Assembly (NCBI RefSeq): GCF_001194135.2
Contig: NC_069003.1
Span: forward strand, 31,233,518-31,297,517
Source: Octopus bimaculoides
Lineage: Eukaryota
Direction: 5' to 3'
Length of the DNA: 64,000 nt
Below the pieces are notes generated by a model. The model worked only from the letters and a program-made list of their open reading frames with translations, did not search any database and had not been told where the DNA came from. A program made the translations under genes and the position numbers. Of the stretch, positions 63,991-64,000 are shown in pieces. Position 1 is the stretch's first letter; every line of letters starts with the position of its first letter.

Positions 63991-64000
63991 ATATATATAT

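Overview
AT-rich, repeat-dense animal genomic DNA from a draft assembly, with 11 N-gaps (5034-5304, 12441-13097, 15084-15195, 17299-17308, 19345-19463, 20563-20818, 42332-42636, 47081-47125, 48133-48395, 49681-49868, 55517-55787). The repeat landscape points to a coleoid cephalopod, most likely Octopus (inference). It includes dense (TA)n/(CA)n/(CAT)n/(TAA)n microsatellites, several high-copy tRNA-headed SINE families and TTAA-flanked MITEs. I could not identify any intact protein-coding gene; almost all supplied ORFs are microsatellite, gap or SINE artefacts. The window reads as intronic or intergenic DNA built from layered, decayed mobile elements. Retroelements: RTE LINEs, five R4/Dong-like and one HERO-like restriction-enzyme-like (REL) LINE fragments, Penelope-like elements (one terminus with a minimal hammerhead-like motif) and an LTR end with an unusually long tRNA-Trp primer-binding site. 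DNA elements: Tc1/mariner, pogo, hAT and piggyBac-type MITEs or transposase relics, and a Helitron-type 3' end. A few TE-free islands carry splice-site-bounded open frames that may be exons of an unidentified long-intron gene, but this is weak. I found no clear novel multi-gene system. SINE family labels A-E are my own working labels, and most element boundaries are approximate (about +/-20 nt) unless TIRs/TSDs are quoted.
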